NCBI GenBank assembly: GCA_965153355.1
Contig: OZ231126.1
Location: 7,130,001-7,194,000, forward strand
Length of the DNA stretch: 64,000 nt
Direction: 5' to 3'
Source of the DNA: Flaccisagitta enflata
Lineage: Eukaryota
Shown here piece by piece: positions 12,732 through 36,155 of the stretch. Each line of letters begins with the position of its first letter. The stretch's first letter is position 1. The position numbers were made by a program, and so were the translations under genes. The notes beneath the pieces were generated by a model that saw only the letters and a program-made list of their open reading frames with translations, had not been told where the DNA came from and ran no database searches.

Positions 12732-15315
12732 TTTTTTGGGCAGCGGCCCCGAAGGGGACGAAGTCCTGTAGAACATAGGGGACTTTTGTTCGTTTGTCCG
12801 TCCATCCGTTTGTTTGTTCGTCTGTTCGTTCGTTCGTCCCCCCAGGCCCTCTCAGGCCTGAAATCTGCCCTCTCAGGCCTAAAATCTGCCCTCTCAGGCC
12901 TGAAATTTGCCCTCTCAGGCCTTGAATCTGCCCTTCCAGGCCTGAAATTTTTTTCACCTTTCAGACCTGAAACCTGCCTGTCAGGCTTTAAATCTGCCCT
13001 CTCATGCCTGAAATCTGCCCTCTCAGATTCAAGGCCTGAGAGGGCAGATTTCAGGCCTGAGATGGCAGATTTCAAGCCTGAGAGGGCCTGGGGGGGCGGA
13101 CGGACAGATGGACGAACAAACGGACAAACAAATGAAAGTCCCCTGTGTTCTACAGGACTTCGTCCCCTTTGGGGCTGCTGCCCTGCCTCTCATTCCAATT
13201 TACAACCATGCAAAGCAGGGCAACGGGTATCGCTGACCACATATTGCCCTTGGGCTACCTGTTGGGTTTTTGGGCAGCGGCCCTAAAGGGGACAAAGTCC
13301 TGTGGAACACAGGGGGACGTTCCACTAAGGGCCACGGATTGCGCTAGATGGCTCCTTTGGTATTTGGGTGAAAATTTTCATCTCTGCTATATGGCTCAAA
13401 CTAAGTAGAATGGTCATGGTAGCATTTGAGCATACATTACCGGTCCATATGACAGGTTTTATGGCAATTTAGAGTGAAAAAAGGCGACCTAAATCGACAT
13501 TACTACGAAAAATGCTACTTTTCAAGAAAAATCAAAAAATCTTTTGGATTATCTGTTAAGATTACAAAAAGCTCATGATATCTTCAATATTGGATTGGAT
13601 TCCTTCATTAATGTTTAAATGTCTGGAAAAATTTTAAAAAATCATTATTTTTTACATTTTTAGCACTATTAAATTAGTCTACTATTACTACATATTAGAC
13701 CTAATTTGCATGTTTTTATTATCCTATAAATATAAAAAATCGCACAAGGACGCACAATGAGCCACCTATGCCAAAATGTAGTTCAAGGGGTCCTGAATCC
13801 AGAATACTATGGCTCAAGCGGGCCTTCAACGTCCAAATTGCGATTTCCTTGGCCTAAAATGGACAAGTAATAATGTGGATAAAAGTAAAATTCTATATTT
13901 GATTGGAAGAAAAATGAGCAAAATGAGCTAAATGAGCAAAAAAATGATTTTTTTTGAGCACCTTATTAAGGAATCTTATTAAACAAAGACAAAAATTTAA
14001 TTGATTTGGTCAAAACATAAGACAATTTAAATATCAAATGTAAGAGAGTTTAGCAGTATTTTTCACTTTATTTTCTCAAATTTCTCTTCTTTTGTACTCT
14101 TAGCTCATAAAGCCCTTAATCCAATAGAAATGAGTCAATATTGGATATAAATAGTTTCATAACATCTGAAAATATGCAGAAAAATGGTTTTCACTCTGTA
14201 TATTTTATAATGAACAGTGTAATGGAAAAGATGTAATGTTAATCCCCAATGAGCCACCTAGCGCACAATGCAGCCCACAGTGCGTTCATTCGTCCGTTCG
14301 TTAGTTCGTTAGTTTGTCCGTTCATCTCCCCCGTCAGGCTCCCCAAGCCTAAAATCTGGCCTCTAAGACCTCAAATCTGGCCCCTCAGACCCCAAATCTG
14401 GCCTCTTAGGCCTCAAATCCGGCCTCTCAGGCCTCAAATCAAGCCTTTCAGGCCTCAAATCCGGCTTCTCAGGCCTCAAATCCAACCTCTCAGGCCTCAA
14501 ACCTGGCCTCTCCGGCCTCAAATCAGGCTTCTTAGGCCTCAAATCCAAATCCTCAGGCCTCAAACCTGGCCACTCAGGCCTCAAACTAGGCCTCTCTGGC
14601 CTCAAGTCAGCTATTTAAGCCTCAATTTATTGCTCTCAGGCTTCAAATCAGTCCTCTGACCTTTCAAGCCTTAATCCAGCTCTCTTATGCCTCAAGTCAG
14701 CCCTCCCATCTTCCAATAGGCAGCAGCCTTCTAAGACTTCAGGTTAGGATCTAGAAGGCCTTCAGCCAGCCCTCTATCGCATCTCATCCACTTCTGCAGG
14801 CACGACGAACGAAAGTCCCCCTGTGTTCTACAGGACTTCGTCCCCTTTGGGGCCGCTGCCCTGCTTCCCCTCACTTCAAATCACAATCACTTAAAGCAGG
14901 GCAACGGGTATCGCTGACCACATATTGCCCTTGGGTGACCTGTTGTTTGTTTGTTCGTACTTTGGTACCCCCATGCGTTCACATGCCTGATATCGGCCCT
15001 CTCAGGCCTTGTATCTGTCCTCTCAGGCCTAGTATCTGTCCTTTCAGACATGAAATCTGCTCTCTCAGGTCTAAAATCTGTCCGCTCAAGGCCTGTGAGG
15101 ACAGATTTCAGGCCTTAGGAGGTAGATTTCAGGCCTGAGAGCGCTGATTACAGGCCTGTGAGGGCCTGGGAGGGACGGATAGATGAATGGACGAACAAAA
15201 GTCCCCCTGTGTTCTACAGGACTTTGTTCCCTTCGGGCCGCTACCCTGCTTCCTCTCAATCCAATTCCCAATCTTGCAAAGCAGGGCAACGGGTATCGCT
15301 GACCACATATTGCCC
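12732..15315 (+). mobile_element. Head-to-tail cluster of three Helentron/DINE-like family C elements with a 21-bp minisatellite core
   Basis: Copies at about 12732-13263, 13267-14944 and 14945-15315 (5'-truncated). Each has ~45-bp subterminal inverted repeats (gggcagcggccccgaaggggacgaagtcctgtagaaca), a core such as aaatctgccctctcaggcctg, and a 3' stem gggcaa...ttgccc. Confidence 0.7.
13323..14282. mobile_element. Transib-like non-autonomous DNA transposon
   Basis: Ends CACTAAGGG... and ...CCCACAGTG (CACTGTGGG on the minus strand), imperfect ~30-bp TIR, 5-bp TSD CGTTC (13318-13322, 14283-14287). Confidence 0.8.
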
Positions 15316-15403
15316 TATTTCTCACTTCACGGAGGATCTGAAAAGAAAGTGCCCGAATTTGTTTGTGAGCCACTTTTTTTTCGTTTCTTTTTTTATGTTG
15401 ATG

Positions 15404-15405
15404 CG

Positions 15406-15482
<77 letters not shown>

Positions 15483-15910
15483 GCTGCTGTTGCTGTTGCT
15501 GCTGTTGTTGTCGTTGTCGTTGTCGTCATCGTTGTCCTTGTCGTCGTAGCCGCTGTCATCAGCCTCATCGTCGTATTAGTTTTGTCATATTAGTTATCCA
15601 TGTCATCTTATTCATCATCATCATCAAGGTCATCGTAATCGTCGTTGTCGTCGTTGACGCTGTCGTCGTTGTCGTAGTCGTCGTTGTAATTGTCGTCGTT
15701 GTCATCATCATCCTCACCATCGTTTTAGTTTTGTCATAGATATCAATGTCGTCTTTGTCATCATTATTATCTTCGTATTTGTCTTCTTCTTTTCTTCTTC
15801 TTCTTCTTCTTCTTCTTCTTCTTCTTCTTCTTCTTCTTCTTCTTCTTCTTCTTCTTCTTCTCTTTCTTCTTCTTCTCTTTTTCTTTTACTTCTTCTTCTC
15901 TTCCTTCTTC
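15404..15910. repeat. (TTG)n, (GTC)n and (TTC)n microsatellite block
   Basis: Read directly. Confidence 0.9.
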
Positions 15911-16957
15911 TCTTCATACTCGAGAAATAGGGCTAATAGAATCGCATTGGCTCGCGCGCTTTTTTCTCAAGATACTGAAGATCTGAAAAGAAAGTAACGG
16001 AATTTGTTAACACCATTACTAGCATCGCACAGAAAATTTTTCACTTCTCTGGAACGGGTGAAGCGAATATCTTGTAATTTTGGGTTCTGACATAAAATTC
16101 GATGCTTTTTCAAGTCATGTTAAAAAAGTTTCACTCAAAGAAGAAGAAAACTATGTTAACCACTATGATACACAGCGTAACGCGATCGTAACAGGGTGTT
16201 AACAAAATCCGTCACTAGTTAATTTTTTTTATATCTCTGGCTTGAATTGACATGAAGGTCTGAAATTTGGCATGAAACCTGGTTTATGTCTGTACTAAAT
16301 ATGGGTCAACCATTTTTTCCTTTTTCGGCCCTCAAAGTATGATTAATTGGGTATAGCATACTGCTATGTATGAAAATGAGAAAATTGTCTTTTAGGACTA
16401 ATTTACTATGAGTGAAATTTTACCATAGTAAACGACGGCCGATCATCACCAAATTTTTGGTGCTTCTTTAGGGATTGCAAATGTAAAAAAATGACCGAAG
16501 CAAGGGGGGTTTGGCAATTTTTTCATGTCTTTTACACTGATGATATGAAGTGGGACACAAGTGTGACATAGAAAATGGGCTGTTTTGGCACTAATTTGAG
16601 CCACCTAAGCTATCAAAATCTTGAGTATGAAGGTTGTATGTAGGGTACTTGGTCTAATGTGATGTCTAGGAACAGTTTTCATCATCAACGAAATGATTGG
16701 TGGGACGAAACTATGTTTCATTGCCCACCATATCATGGATTTCAGCGTGGCCTGTTTATTATGAAAACGGCCTAGGAGCTTTTGACATTGTTTCCAATGA
16801 CCTAACTGGCCAATAACAGGCAATAGATGGGGCAAAATAGCCAAAATCTGCGTTTTCATCTTTCAGTTCCCAATTATTTAGAATTTTCTTGTTAATCTAC
16901 AGAAATCCAATTAGAATAAAGAGCTTGTTACACAAACACTAGCACCATTTCCAATAA

Positions 16958-17560
16958 ACTAGGTCGGATACTCGGCTACCCCAGTCGCTTGCGGATGGGC
17001 AGGGGCTGCATTTGAGGTCACTTGATCTTTTGAGCAGGAGCAGTGAGGCCAAAGACTGCAAAAAGTAAAGTGTGATGGACGGACTGACCGACTGACCGAC
17101 GGACTGACCGACAGACCAACAGACCGACAGACCTTCAAAGCGGGGTGTAGTCAAGTAGAACGCGACTAAGAATGGGCAAAAAATGAGCCAATTTTGACTT
17201 CTCTAGGCATTCTGACAGACATACTGTTTATCTATAAAAAACAACTATATTTCCCGTTTATTGTTATGTTTATGCCTTAATCTGTTTTAAAAACTCTTTA
17301 AGCTGCTATAGATTGTAAAAACCAAGAAACTTTAATTTCGTAAATCTTTAGTCGCGTGCTACGCGACTCTACACCCCTACATGTTGGTCCGTCGGTTGGT
17401 CAGTCGTTGGTTGGTTGGTCGGTTGGTCCCCTTTTTACTTTTTTGGGGTTTTTGAGCTTTTCAAGCATACGGCTCCTGCCCAGATGCCTTAGTGACCTTC
17501 TCCAGCACTGCTCCTGCCTACCTGCACTCGACTAGGGTAGCCATGTATCCGGCCTTGCTT
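16958..17560. mobile_element. Two family A Helentron/DINE-like copies in opposite orientation (about 16958-17170 minus, 17346-17560 plus)
   Basis: Same terminal palindrome, microsatellite core and tatccggcc-type 3' end as 11119-11302. Confidence 0.65.
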
Positions 17561-18438
17561 TTTTTTTACAACTTTTAAAGGCTGCAAAATTATCAAAAAT
17601 TAGAAAAAAATGTAAAAAAGTGTTTAAAAGTATAAAATAAATTGTTTTATTTTATTCTTCTATTGATTTAGATATTGTTGAACTGTTGTTTCAGGGTTTT
17701 TGCAAGATTTGTTTTTGATTTTTCATTAAAAAAATTGAAATCAGTGAAAAAAGAAATTAATAATTTTTTGATTAAAAATCGCCGTAACTTTTTTGTTTGA
17801 TGAGATTTTGCATTGATTTTTTCTGTTAATTACTTAGTTTAGCATGTAGTATCAGGTGAATTGTGTATTCTTAAGAAAAATTATGATGGATTTTTTGCCC
17901 CTGGTGAAACTGAAGTGTCACAATAACTTTCATCGTGTCGTAAGAGGTTCTTTTGTCTGAATTGTTCAAAGTTCAAAAATGCAGCAGACAGCAGAAAACG
18001 CCGCAGGTGGAGCCACGAGTGCCATGGTGCTCCTTTTATGACAATAAAGGGGATCAAGATGCATTTTTTATTAGCTTGTGTGAATGTATAGAAAATAAAC
18101 CATTAGGAGTCATCACTAAAGATCGTACACATAGAATAGTAATAGTCTAACAATATTCTTTAAAAAAAAACGTATTTTTGATGAATATGGATACAAATCC
18201 TACTAAAAACAATGAAGAAAATATATAAAAAGAGATGTGTTACTTTTCAATTGTCATACAACTACAAACACAAAAGATATGTAATTGTGTGTAGTTTCTT
18301 TTGTTATGCGTGGAAGACATGTCATAAGTTTCAGCGCACCTTGCGCTCGTGTGCGCGCGTGCATCAGCATGCGGCCTTTCCGTGACGCCGGTTTAGCCAT
18401 GAAATGACGACGACGACGATGAGGACGATTATGATGGT

Positions 18439-18481
<43 letters not shown>

Positions 18482-19789
18482 ACGATGGGAAAGACGCTGG
18501 AGAACCCAATGGAAATAATGCGACGGGACGACGAAAACGGGCGAAGGGAAAACGACGATGTTACCAGCGACGCAGACGACGACGACGACGACGACGACGT
18601 CTAGCTATATTGAACACCCTAGAGCCTAGACAACGACCACGAGGACGAGGACGATGACGACGACGATAATTGCACCGAGAACTGCGAGGCATCAATCGCT
18701 TGCGAAAAAAAACACACAAGTCAAAACAAATGCAATTTTAATAAATGGAAAAGCAGTTGTTTTTTTCCGGGATAAACTCTTAGAATGACGTTTTCCTCGT
18801 AATTCTCTTTCCATCAGTCCATTGTTTGAATTAGATTACTATTTCAGCCAGCCAGCGAATGGTATATGGTATATATGGTATATGGTCTGCACTGCTTCCA
18901 TCATTTAATGGAATCAAGCGCCGATTTTCGATGGAAAAGCCGTTCTAATGACTTTCTGGCTGATGATTATTCTCATTTCTCTTTCAAACTAGTTATTGGT
19001 CTGACATGATCGCTTGCTGTTCAATGGCTTTTCTTGAATTGGTTCACTGAGGGCTGAGATTCAACAGCGTTGCATTGCCTCTTTCTGATATATGGAACTA
19101 TGACCACCGTCGCTCACTAAAAAGCCTAGGAAGGGTATACGTATAATACGTATAGTATAGTATATTATATAGTATGTATAACACGTACGTACGTACGTAT
19201 AGTATATATAGTAACTATTCGTGAGTACCGTGACGGATTTGCAACATGTTTTTCAACCCAAGCGTTTTTGTTAGCGACGGACCGACGACGGACCGACGGA
19301 CCGACGGACCGACAGACCGGCGACGGACCGACGGCCCGACGAGACCAATGGACGGACAATGCGAATCCAAGGCTATCAAGCACAACCCGAGTTTACAACA
19401 TCATCGCGGACGGGTTGTTAATGGCGGATAATCCCCTCCACTCCTACACACACTCAAACAAGCGCTGACAATCACAACCACAGCATTAAAATCAAATGCG
19501 CGTTTTTATAATTTTCGACTTGAAAAAGGACCGACGGACAAAGCCTCGCGCGAGTACGTCCTCGTAAAACAAGGCCGAATACATGGGTACCCAAGTCACA
19601 TGCGGGTGGGCATGGCAGGGGCGGTGATGAAAAGACGTTTTGGCAGGAGCCCCCAAACCGCCCACAAACGCCGGAAAAAGTAAAAACAGTACAGACTGAC
19701 AGACGGACAGACAAAGCGGGGTGTAGAGTCGCGCAGCATGCGACCAAAAACCGATGCCATCGACAAACATTTACACTTGTACACTTGTA

Positions 19790-20202
19790 CACTTTTTTTT
19801 TTATAAGAATCTAGTTTATAAGAACATCAAGGCTTTGAATGGCCCCAAAATTAAGAATATCTTAAGAACATACGAAGGCTTCAAATCTTGAGAAAAAAAT
19901 TTCGCTTAAAGTAATATTTAAAGAACATTAACAAAATACTAACATTTTAGTATAATTAAGATAATTTTTTTTAATTTCTAATACAAATACCAAGAAAATA
20001 TCCCCAGACATTGATGTTTAGCATTTGTTTTAATAGTAATCAATAGAAATGAATTTGATATAATCAAATAACAGTATAATATAAGGTTCTTTTTAGTTTA
20101 TATAGTATTTTAGATTAAGAACGCTCTAAAAACGTTGAAGGCTTCAAAAATAAGAACATGAAGCCTTCGAAAAAAAAAAGACGTTCTTAAAAAAAAAAAG
20201 TG
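19790..20202. mobile_element. MITE with CACTTTTTTTTTTATAAGAA termini
   Basis: Terminal inverted repeats; near-identical inverted copy at 45759-46184 and a relative at 47119-48178. Confidence 0.75.
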
Positions 20203-20417
20203 AAATTAACATGACTGCATGAACACGATGAATGGACAGTCTGTGGCCGTTCATCGTGATGCATGAGGCGATGTGATCGGATGGTGTTGAAATAACTTGA
20301 ACTATTTTAGAAACGACTTCACAATTTCCTCGAGGGTAATGCCTGGAATTTGAGCTCCCGCCTGGACTCAGGAACCGCCTCAACATCATGTTTGAGGCGA
20401 TCCTCGCGCGTCAGGAA

Positions 20418-21310
<893 letters not shown>

Positions 21311-21484
21311 ACTTTTCCATAAGACACAAAACATTGCGAGATAGGGATGTGAAAGGAGTTTACAGAAGCGTAAAACCATAGTGGACGCTTCGTTGTCCTT
21401 CAAGGATGTAGAATTGTTCTGTGTATTTATCTTGAGTTCTTTCAAGCGAGTCAATTCACTCCAAATGACGCGACGATAATATTG

Positions 21485-21860
21485 GAGACGGGGAGGGGAG
21501 AGTTGGGTACGGGGATTGGGGATGAGGAAAGGGGGTGCGGGGATGGGCGAAGGGGGAAGGGGGAAGAGGGAAGGGGGTGAGGGAAGGGGGTGCGGGGATG
21601 AGGGAAGGGGTGTGGGGATGGGGGATGAGGGAAGGGATTAGGGCTGTGGGGATAAGGGATGAGGGAAGGGGGTGTGGGGATGGGCGAAGGGGATGCGGGG
21701 ATGAGGGGTGAGGGAAGGGGGTGCGGGGATGGGGGAAGGGGATGAGGGAAAGGGGGAAGGGGGTGCGGGGATAGGGGATGAGGGAAGACGGAAGGGTGTG
21801 CGGGGATGGGAATGGGGGAAGGGGTTCGCGGGATATGAGGGCTTTGGGGAAGGGGTGGGC
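21485..21860 (+). repeat. G-rich ~21-bp minisatellite (gggatgagggaagggggtgcg), potential G-quadruplex tract
   Basis: Dozens of consecutive G3+ runs with short loops. Confidence 0.8.
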
Positions 21861-22412
21861 AAGATATTGATTTAGCATGATGAAGCCTTAAGGGGGGATA
21901 CTAAAATGAAGAACGGGGCTTGAGTTTTTTTTTAGAGGTGATAAATATTCTTTTAATGAAGTGGGATGTTAAGAGATGGCGTGACTAAGAGGGGACGCTG
22001 AAAGAATGGGTGAGTGAATGGTAAGGGGGTAATGAGTGAGGGGCGGGGATATCGATGAAATAAGGATATTGAGCTGGGGCGGGGTATCGGAAGAAAGGGA
22101 GAAGGATACCGAAAGAATGGGGGTATTGAAAGGGTGGGGGGGGGCGGGGGATAAAAAAAAATGGGGGTATTGAATGGGGGTTCCTCATCAGTGAAACTGC
22201 GGAGCCAAACATTTGAAACCAGAGACGTGAGTTAGACGGTTCTTGGTTCTTAATTTCGGACTCAATTTTTTTTTATTTTTCCTATTCAGTCTCATTCTCT
22301 CTCTCTCTCATATTCGTTTTCTGTCTCTGTCAGCCTGTCCGTCTGTCTGTCTGTCTCTTTCTCTTTCTCTTTCTCTTTCTCTGTCTCGTTCTCTTTCTCT
22401 TTCTCTTTCTCT

Positions 22413-22497
<85 letters not shown>

Positions 22498-22739
22498 TTT
22501 TTTAGAGGTTAGGTTTCCACGAGAGTTTTACAAAAGTTTTCATCGAATTTTTGAATGCCAAACAAGACTGTGATAAACAGCAATTTTTTTTAATTCTTGT
22601 TAGCTTAATACTACATATTTCCATATTTGTAAAGATGCGTGCGAAAAAAAACACAACAGAAAGAATATGCCCCATGCTTCATCAACAATACGTGATAAAT
22701 TTGAGATCCACATCTTTGAAAAGCTGTACTTGGACTGAA

Positions 22740-23007
22740 CAGTCTATGGACATTTCGGTATTTGTAGATATGTCAGCAGTTTGGTATATTTCAACCCGTT
22801 AAAATCTTTCATTCTGGCATATTTCAACGGGTTGAAATCTCTCATTTTGGCACATTTCAATACGTTGAAATCTCTCATTCTACAAGACTAATATCAGTAG
22901 AATGAAAGATTTCAACCTGTTGAAATATGCCGGAATGAGAGATTTCAACTTGTTGAAATGTACCAAACTGCTGACATATCTACAAATACCGAATTGTCCA
23001 TAGACTG
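22740..23007. mobile_element. Palindromic MITE with CAGTCTATGGACA termini
   Basis: Almost fully self-complementary with internal 30-bp repeats; 4-bp TSD TGAA. Confidence 0.85.
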
Positions 23008-23479
23008 TGAATGTTTTTTGTCCATGCTGCACTTTACTTATTTTCCATTTATTCTACAGGGGGAAAATAGATTTCACAATTTAACGCAACGACCAAAATG
23101 AAAGAACAATGAAGAAATGTTAACCGAATCAAAGACAAAACTAAGTTAAAACAAAGACATAAAGGCATCCGTGAATCTTCCAGTCGGTGATAATCCACTC
23201 CACTCAAAGTGAAACAACATTTATGTACTATTTACTGCAGTTTGATCGGCAAATATTCGCATTTGTGAATCTTCCAGTCAGTGACAATCCAATCCACACA
23301 AAGTAAGACGACATTCACTGCATTTTAATCCCATTTGTTAATCGTCCACTCATCTTCAATATTACATCCAGACTTCCTCTTCTTCATTCGTTTCATTCTT
23401 CATTTCATTCTACAAAATCGCTACCAGTCTTCCTCTTCTTGGTTGAACTCTTTCCACGTCTTTTCACTCGATCGGCGTC

Positions 23480-32689
<9,210 letters not shown>

Positions 32690-32750
32690 GACTCTATCTC
32701 TCTGTATCTCTCTGTCTGTCTGTCTTTCTCTCTGTATCTCTCTGTATCTC

Positions 32751-32834
<84 letters not shown>

Positions 32835-32951
32835 AGTCAGATTGCAAGAAGAATTTTTCTTAGATAACAAATGTGTTATTGTTTTATTTCTTTCTCGCTC
32901 CATTTTCTGGCTTTTCAATACTAAGTCGGTCTCTCCATCACTTCCAATAGA

Positions 32952-33350
32952 CAGTCTATGGACAAAACGAGGAGAGTAGATTTTGCTGATCACCATTATG
33001 ATGCTAAAAACTGAAAGAATTAACGGAAGAATAATTACTACCTGTAGTAATCGTTCAAAATGTAGGCTTGTAATTACCTCATAGAAAATGACTGAGGACT
33101 GAAAGAAACTATTGCAAGAACGATTACTACAGGTAGTAATCATTCTTCCATCAGTTTCTTTCAGTCCTAAGTAATTTTTTTCGAGGTAATTACAAACCTA
33201 CTACAGGTAGTGATGGTTCCTCCGTTAATTCTTTCAGTCTTTAGTAAATTTCTATGAGGTAATTACAAACCTACATTTTAAAATCAACTACGCCTAAGCA
33301 TCATAACGGTGATCAGCAAAATCTACTCTCCTCGTTTTGTCCATAGACTG
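32952..33350. mobile_element. Palindromic MITE with CAGTCTATGGACA termini
   Basis: About 55-bp near-perfect TIR; 4-bp TSD TAGA. Confidence 0.85.
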
Positions 33351-33447
33351 TAGATGCGCCGTGTGGATCATGAAACGTTTGTGTGACCAACCGACCGACC
33401 AACCAGCGGAAAGACAATATTGGGGTGCTTTGACGCGCCTAAAAAGG

Positions 33448-33527
<80 letters not shown>

Positions 33528-35649
33528 TCAGGTGTGTATATTCAGGTGTGTCAATATGCGAAGTGTTTTTTAATAGACCATCAAAATCACGAACATCAAC
33601 ATCAATCAGCTCAAGGAATTAAATTTCATGATCTTAAACATTTTTTATATTTTTTAAAAATCTTATCTATTTTCTGTTTTTTCCCAATCCCAATTCAACC
33701 TCCAATTTGTAAATTGCTGTGTTATTGATTTTGTATGAGGATTATTCATCACAAGTTTAAATATTCATAACTGATTATTGTACCTGCAACAAAGTACAAT
33801 TGATTCAGAAAAAATAAAATTTCTCTATAAAAATCATGAATCTCATTTTCAACAATATTAAGTAAAGACACAAAAAGTTTGCATAATTTTAACAGTTTTT
33901 TCTTTATTTACTTCTTTATTTTCTTTTTTTTTCCTCCCAAATATTGATGATCAGTACTTTTGAATGTTGACATGACACACCCGATTGAATGTGTGTGTGT
34001 ATACGTGGGTGTTTTTTTTGGGGGGGTTCGTGTTTATTTGCTACAACATGAGTTCGCGAATGTAAATGCATGTGCTGACACAGTTATTAGAAAAGGTTGT
34101 TGTGGATTCTTTCTTTTTTTCTTTCCTTTTTTGTGTACGTTTGTTATACACGGTGCGCCGGGTTGGGCAACAGATGACGCATTTAACCATACCACCGCTT
34201 TGCTTAGAAAGACAATTGATCTAGTTCATTCTTTAACTTGCTCATTGAAATTTTTTTAAACAAAAATTCTTGTTGTAAGGCTTCATCTTACATTAGCATT
34301 TATGCACTATTTGTTAGTGATTTAGATAAAACAATCTATTCACTCGAATATATCGTTCATCATCTGTTCCACTGTATGTGTTAAAGTTGCGTTGAATATT
34401 GAGGGAGGTCGGAGGAGGGCACTCAAGGCCGAATCCTCATCTGGAAATGCTCCCAAACCAATAAAGGCAGAATTGGACTAGAGTGGCTGCAATTTACACT
34501 GCTCATTGTAATTAAAGTGTTTTATGAGCAAACTTTAAAACAAAGTTTTCTTGGGGCCCTGATTGATACTTTATTTGCATCACTCTTCATCTTTTTTCAT
34601 ATCGTCTTTTAACACTATCGATGATTGTCAATTTTAAAAAAAATTTAAGATGAAAATTCCAAAATTTTTTTTTTTTTTTTCAAATAATCATTTATTTTGT
34701 TTAATTTCTAGAAATATCAAAGTAAGAAATAAAAAATGTAGATTTTTTTATTTCTTAGCTATTTTTCATGATAGATCTTTATATCCAATTTCAATTTCTT
34801 TACATTTAGGGAAAAATGGTGTCAGAATAAGGATAAAGCTAAACAGTGAAAATAGATGATAAATAAACCTTTTTAATAAATAAGATAAACCAGTTTTTAA
34901 GAATCCCCCAGAAAAATATAGAAAAAGAAAACACTTTGATTAAGAATAAAAATGAGGGATGTCATTCCACTCAAGTCCAAATTCTGACTTTAAAGTGGTT
35001 TCATTTTTCACTAGTCCAAAATTTGGTCTAAAATGGTTCCCCCCCCCCCCGCGGTCGGAGTTGAAGGAACCTCCATTGCTTTTGCTTTTTTTCAAATATT
35101 GTTTGGAAAAAAGTCGAAGAATACCTTCGGCTTTTTGAGACCTACGGCGGAAATCGATTTTCCCTTTTTCTCATGGGGAGTTTGAGGAAGTTGATCTGCT
35201 TTTCGGGCCAAATGACACTACGCATGAAATTGATAGCTAAGAAATAGCTAATTCTCCTCTTTCAGATGACGCCAAGCAGAATTCTGTGTCATTGAAAGTT
35301 TTGGAGCTATGATTTTTTGAATCTTTTTTTATTTTTCCACATTTTTCGCATTTTTCTCAAAAACGAGGAAACAAGTTAGTTGAAGTCTAATTTAACTTTG
35401 AAATGTTCCAGGTGATAATTGTGCATCCTGGCAGCATAGTCTACCTTTCATTTCAACTACAGACTATATCCGAGTGGAAAAGTGGAAAAACAAGGGGTCT
35501 AGATGCTTGTGTGTGGAGGTTGAGATTGGGGTGTAGATGGGGGTTGGATGCCCTTGTCCACCTGCCCGCAACTCTTGTTTTTTCCCTCAGTATTTACGAC
35601 TTTTTTCCTACGGCGATTAGCCGCCTTTATTGTAACGAATTCAATAATA

Positions 35650-36155
35650 CAGTAGATGTCGTCAAGACTTGGAAATACGGGGGAACTCATATCTTGAATA
35701 ACAGTGAAGCTCATAGATTAATACTGTGTGTGTACAATGCTTATGGGCTAACGGGTTAACAATGGAGTATAGCAGGCTGTTGAATCAAAATTATGTTTGA
35801 CGTGAACAAATTCATGTGATCTAGTGGTTAACCCACTTTACTTTGAAAGCAATAGCAGTCATGCCGATCTTTATTCAAAGGTCACAAGTTAAAATTCTGA
35901 GCTGTTTGAACATTTGGAATAATTCAGAAAAGGAATTATTCAGAAGTGGAATAAGTCGGAAAACTTTATCGAATGAGCGAAAAATCCTATATTTTTACAC
36001 TTATTTTTTTTCCCAAGGTATGCCATAGAGGGATGCCATACCCCATTGTCAACCCCTTAGGGTCTAAGCATGACACTAACAAAATATTGATCCTTCAACC
36101 TCATTAGTAGTATTCAAGCTATGAGTGCCCCCGTATTTCCATGTCTAGATGACAT
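35650..36155. mobile_element. MITE with CAGTAGATGTCGTC.AGAC termini (right end eroded)
   Basis: gtcgtcaagacttggaaatacgggggaactcata is inverted at about 36120-36155; related ends at 37588, 39266 and 46258. Confidence 0.6.

Noticed and set aside
12666-15138. ORFs with heptad repeats (ALSGLKS, RPERADF, PLRPQIW)
   Set aside because: They are the 21-bp minisatellite core of the family C elements read in different frames.
18404-18670. Asp/Thr/Arg-rich ORF-like segment
   Set aside because: It is a GAC/GAT trinucleotide repeat with no consistent frame or splice signals.
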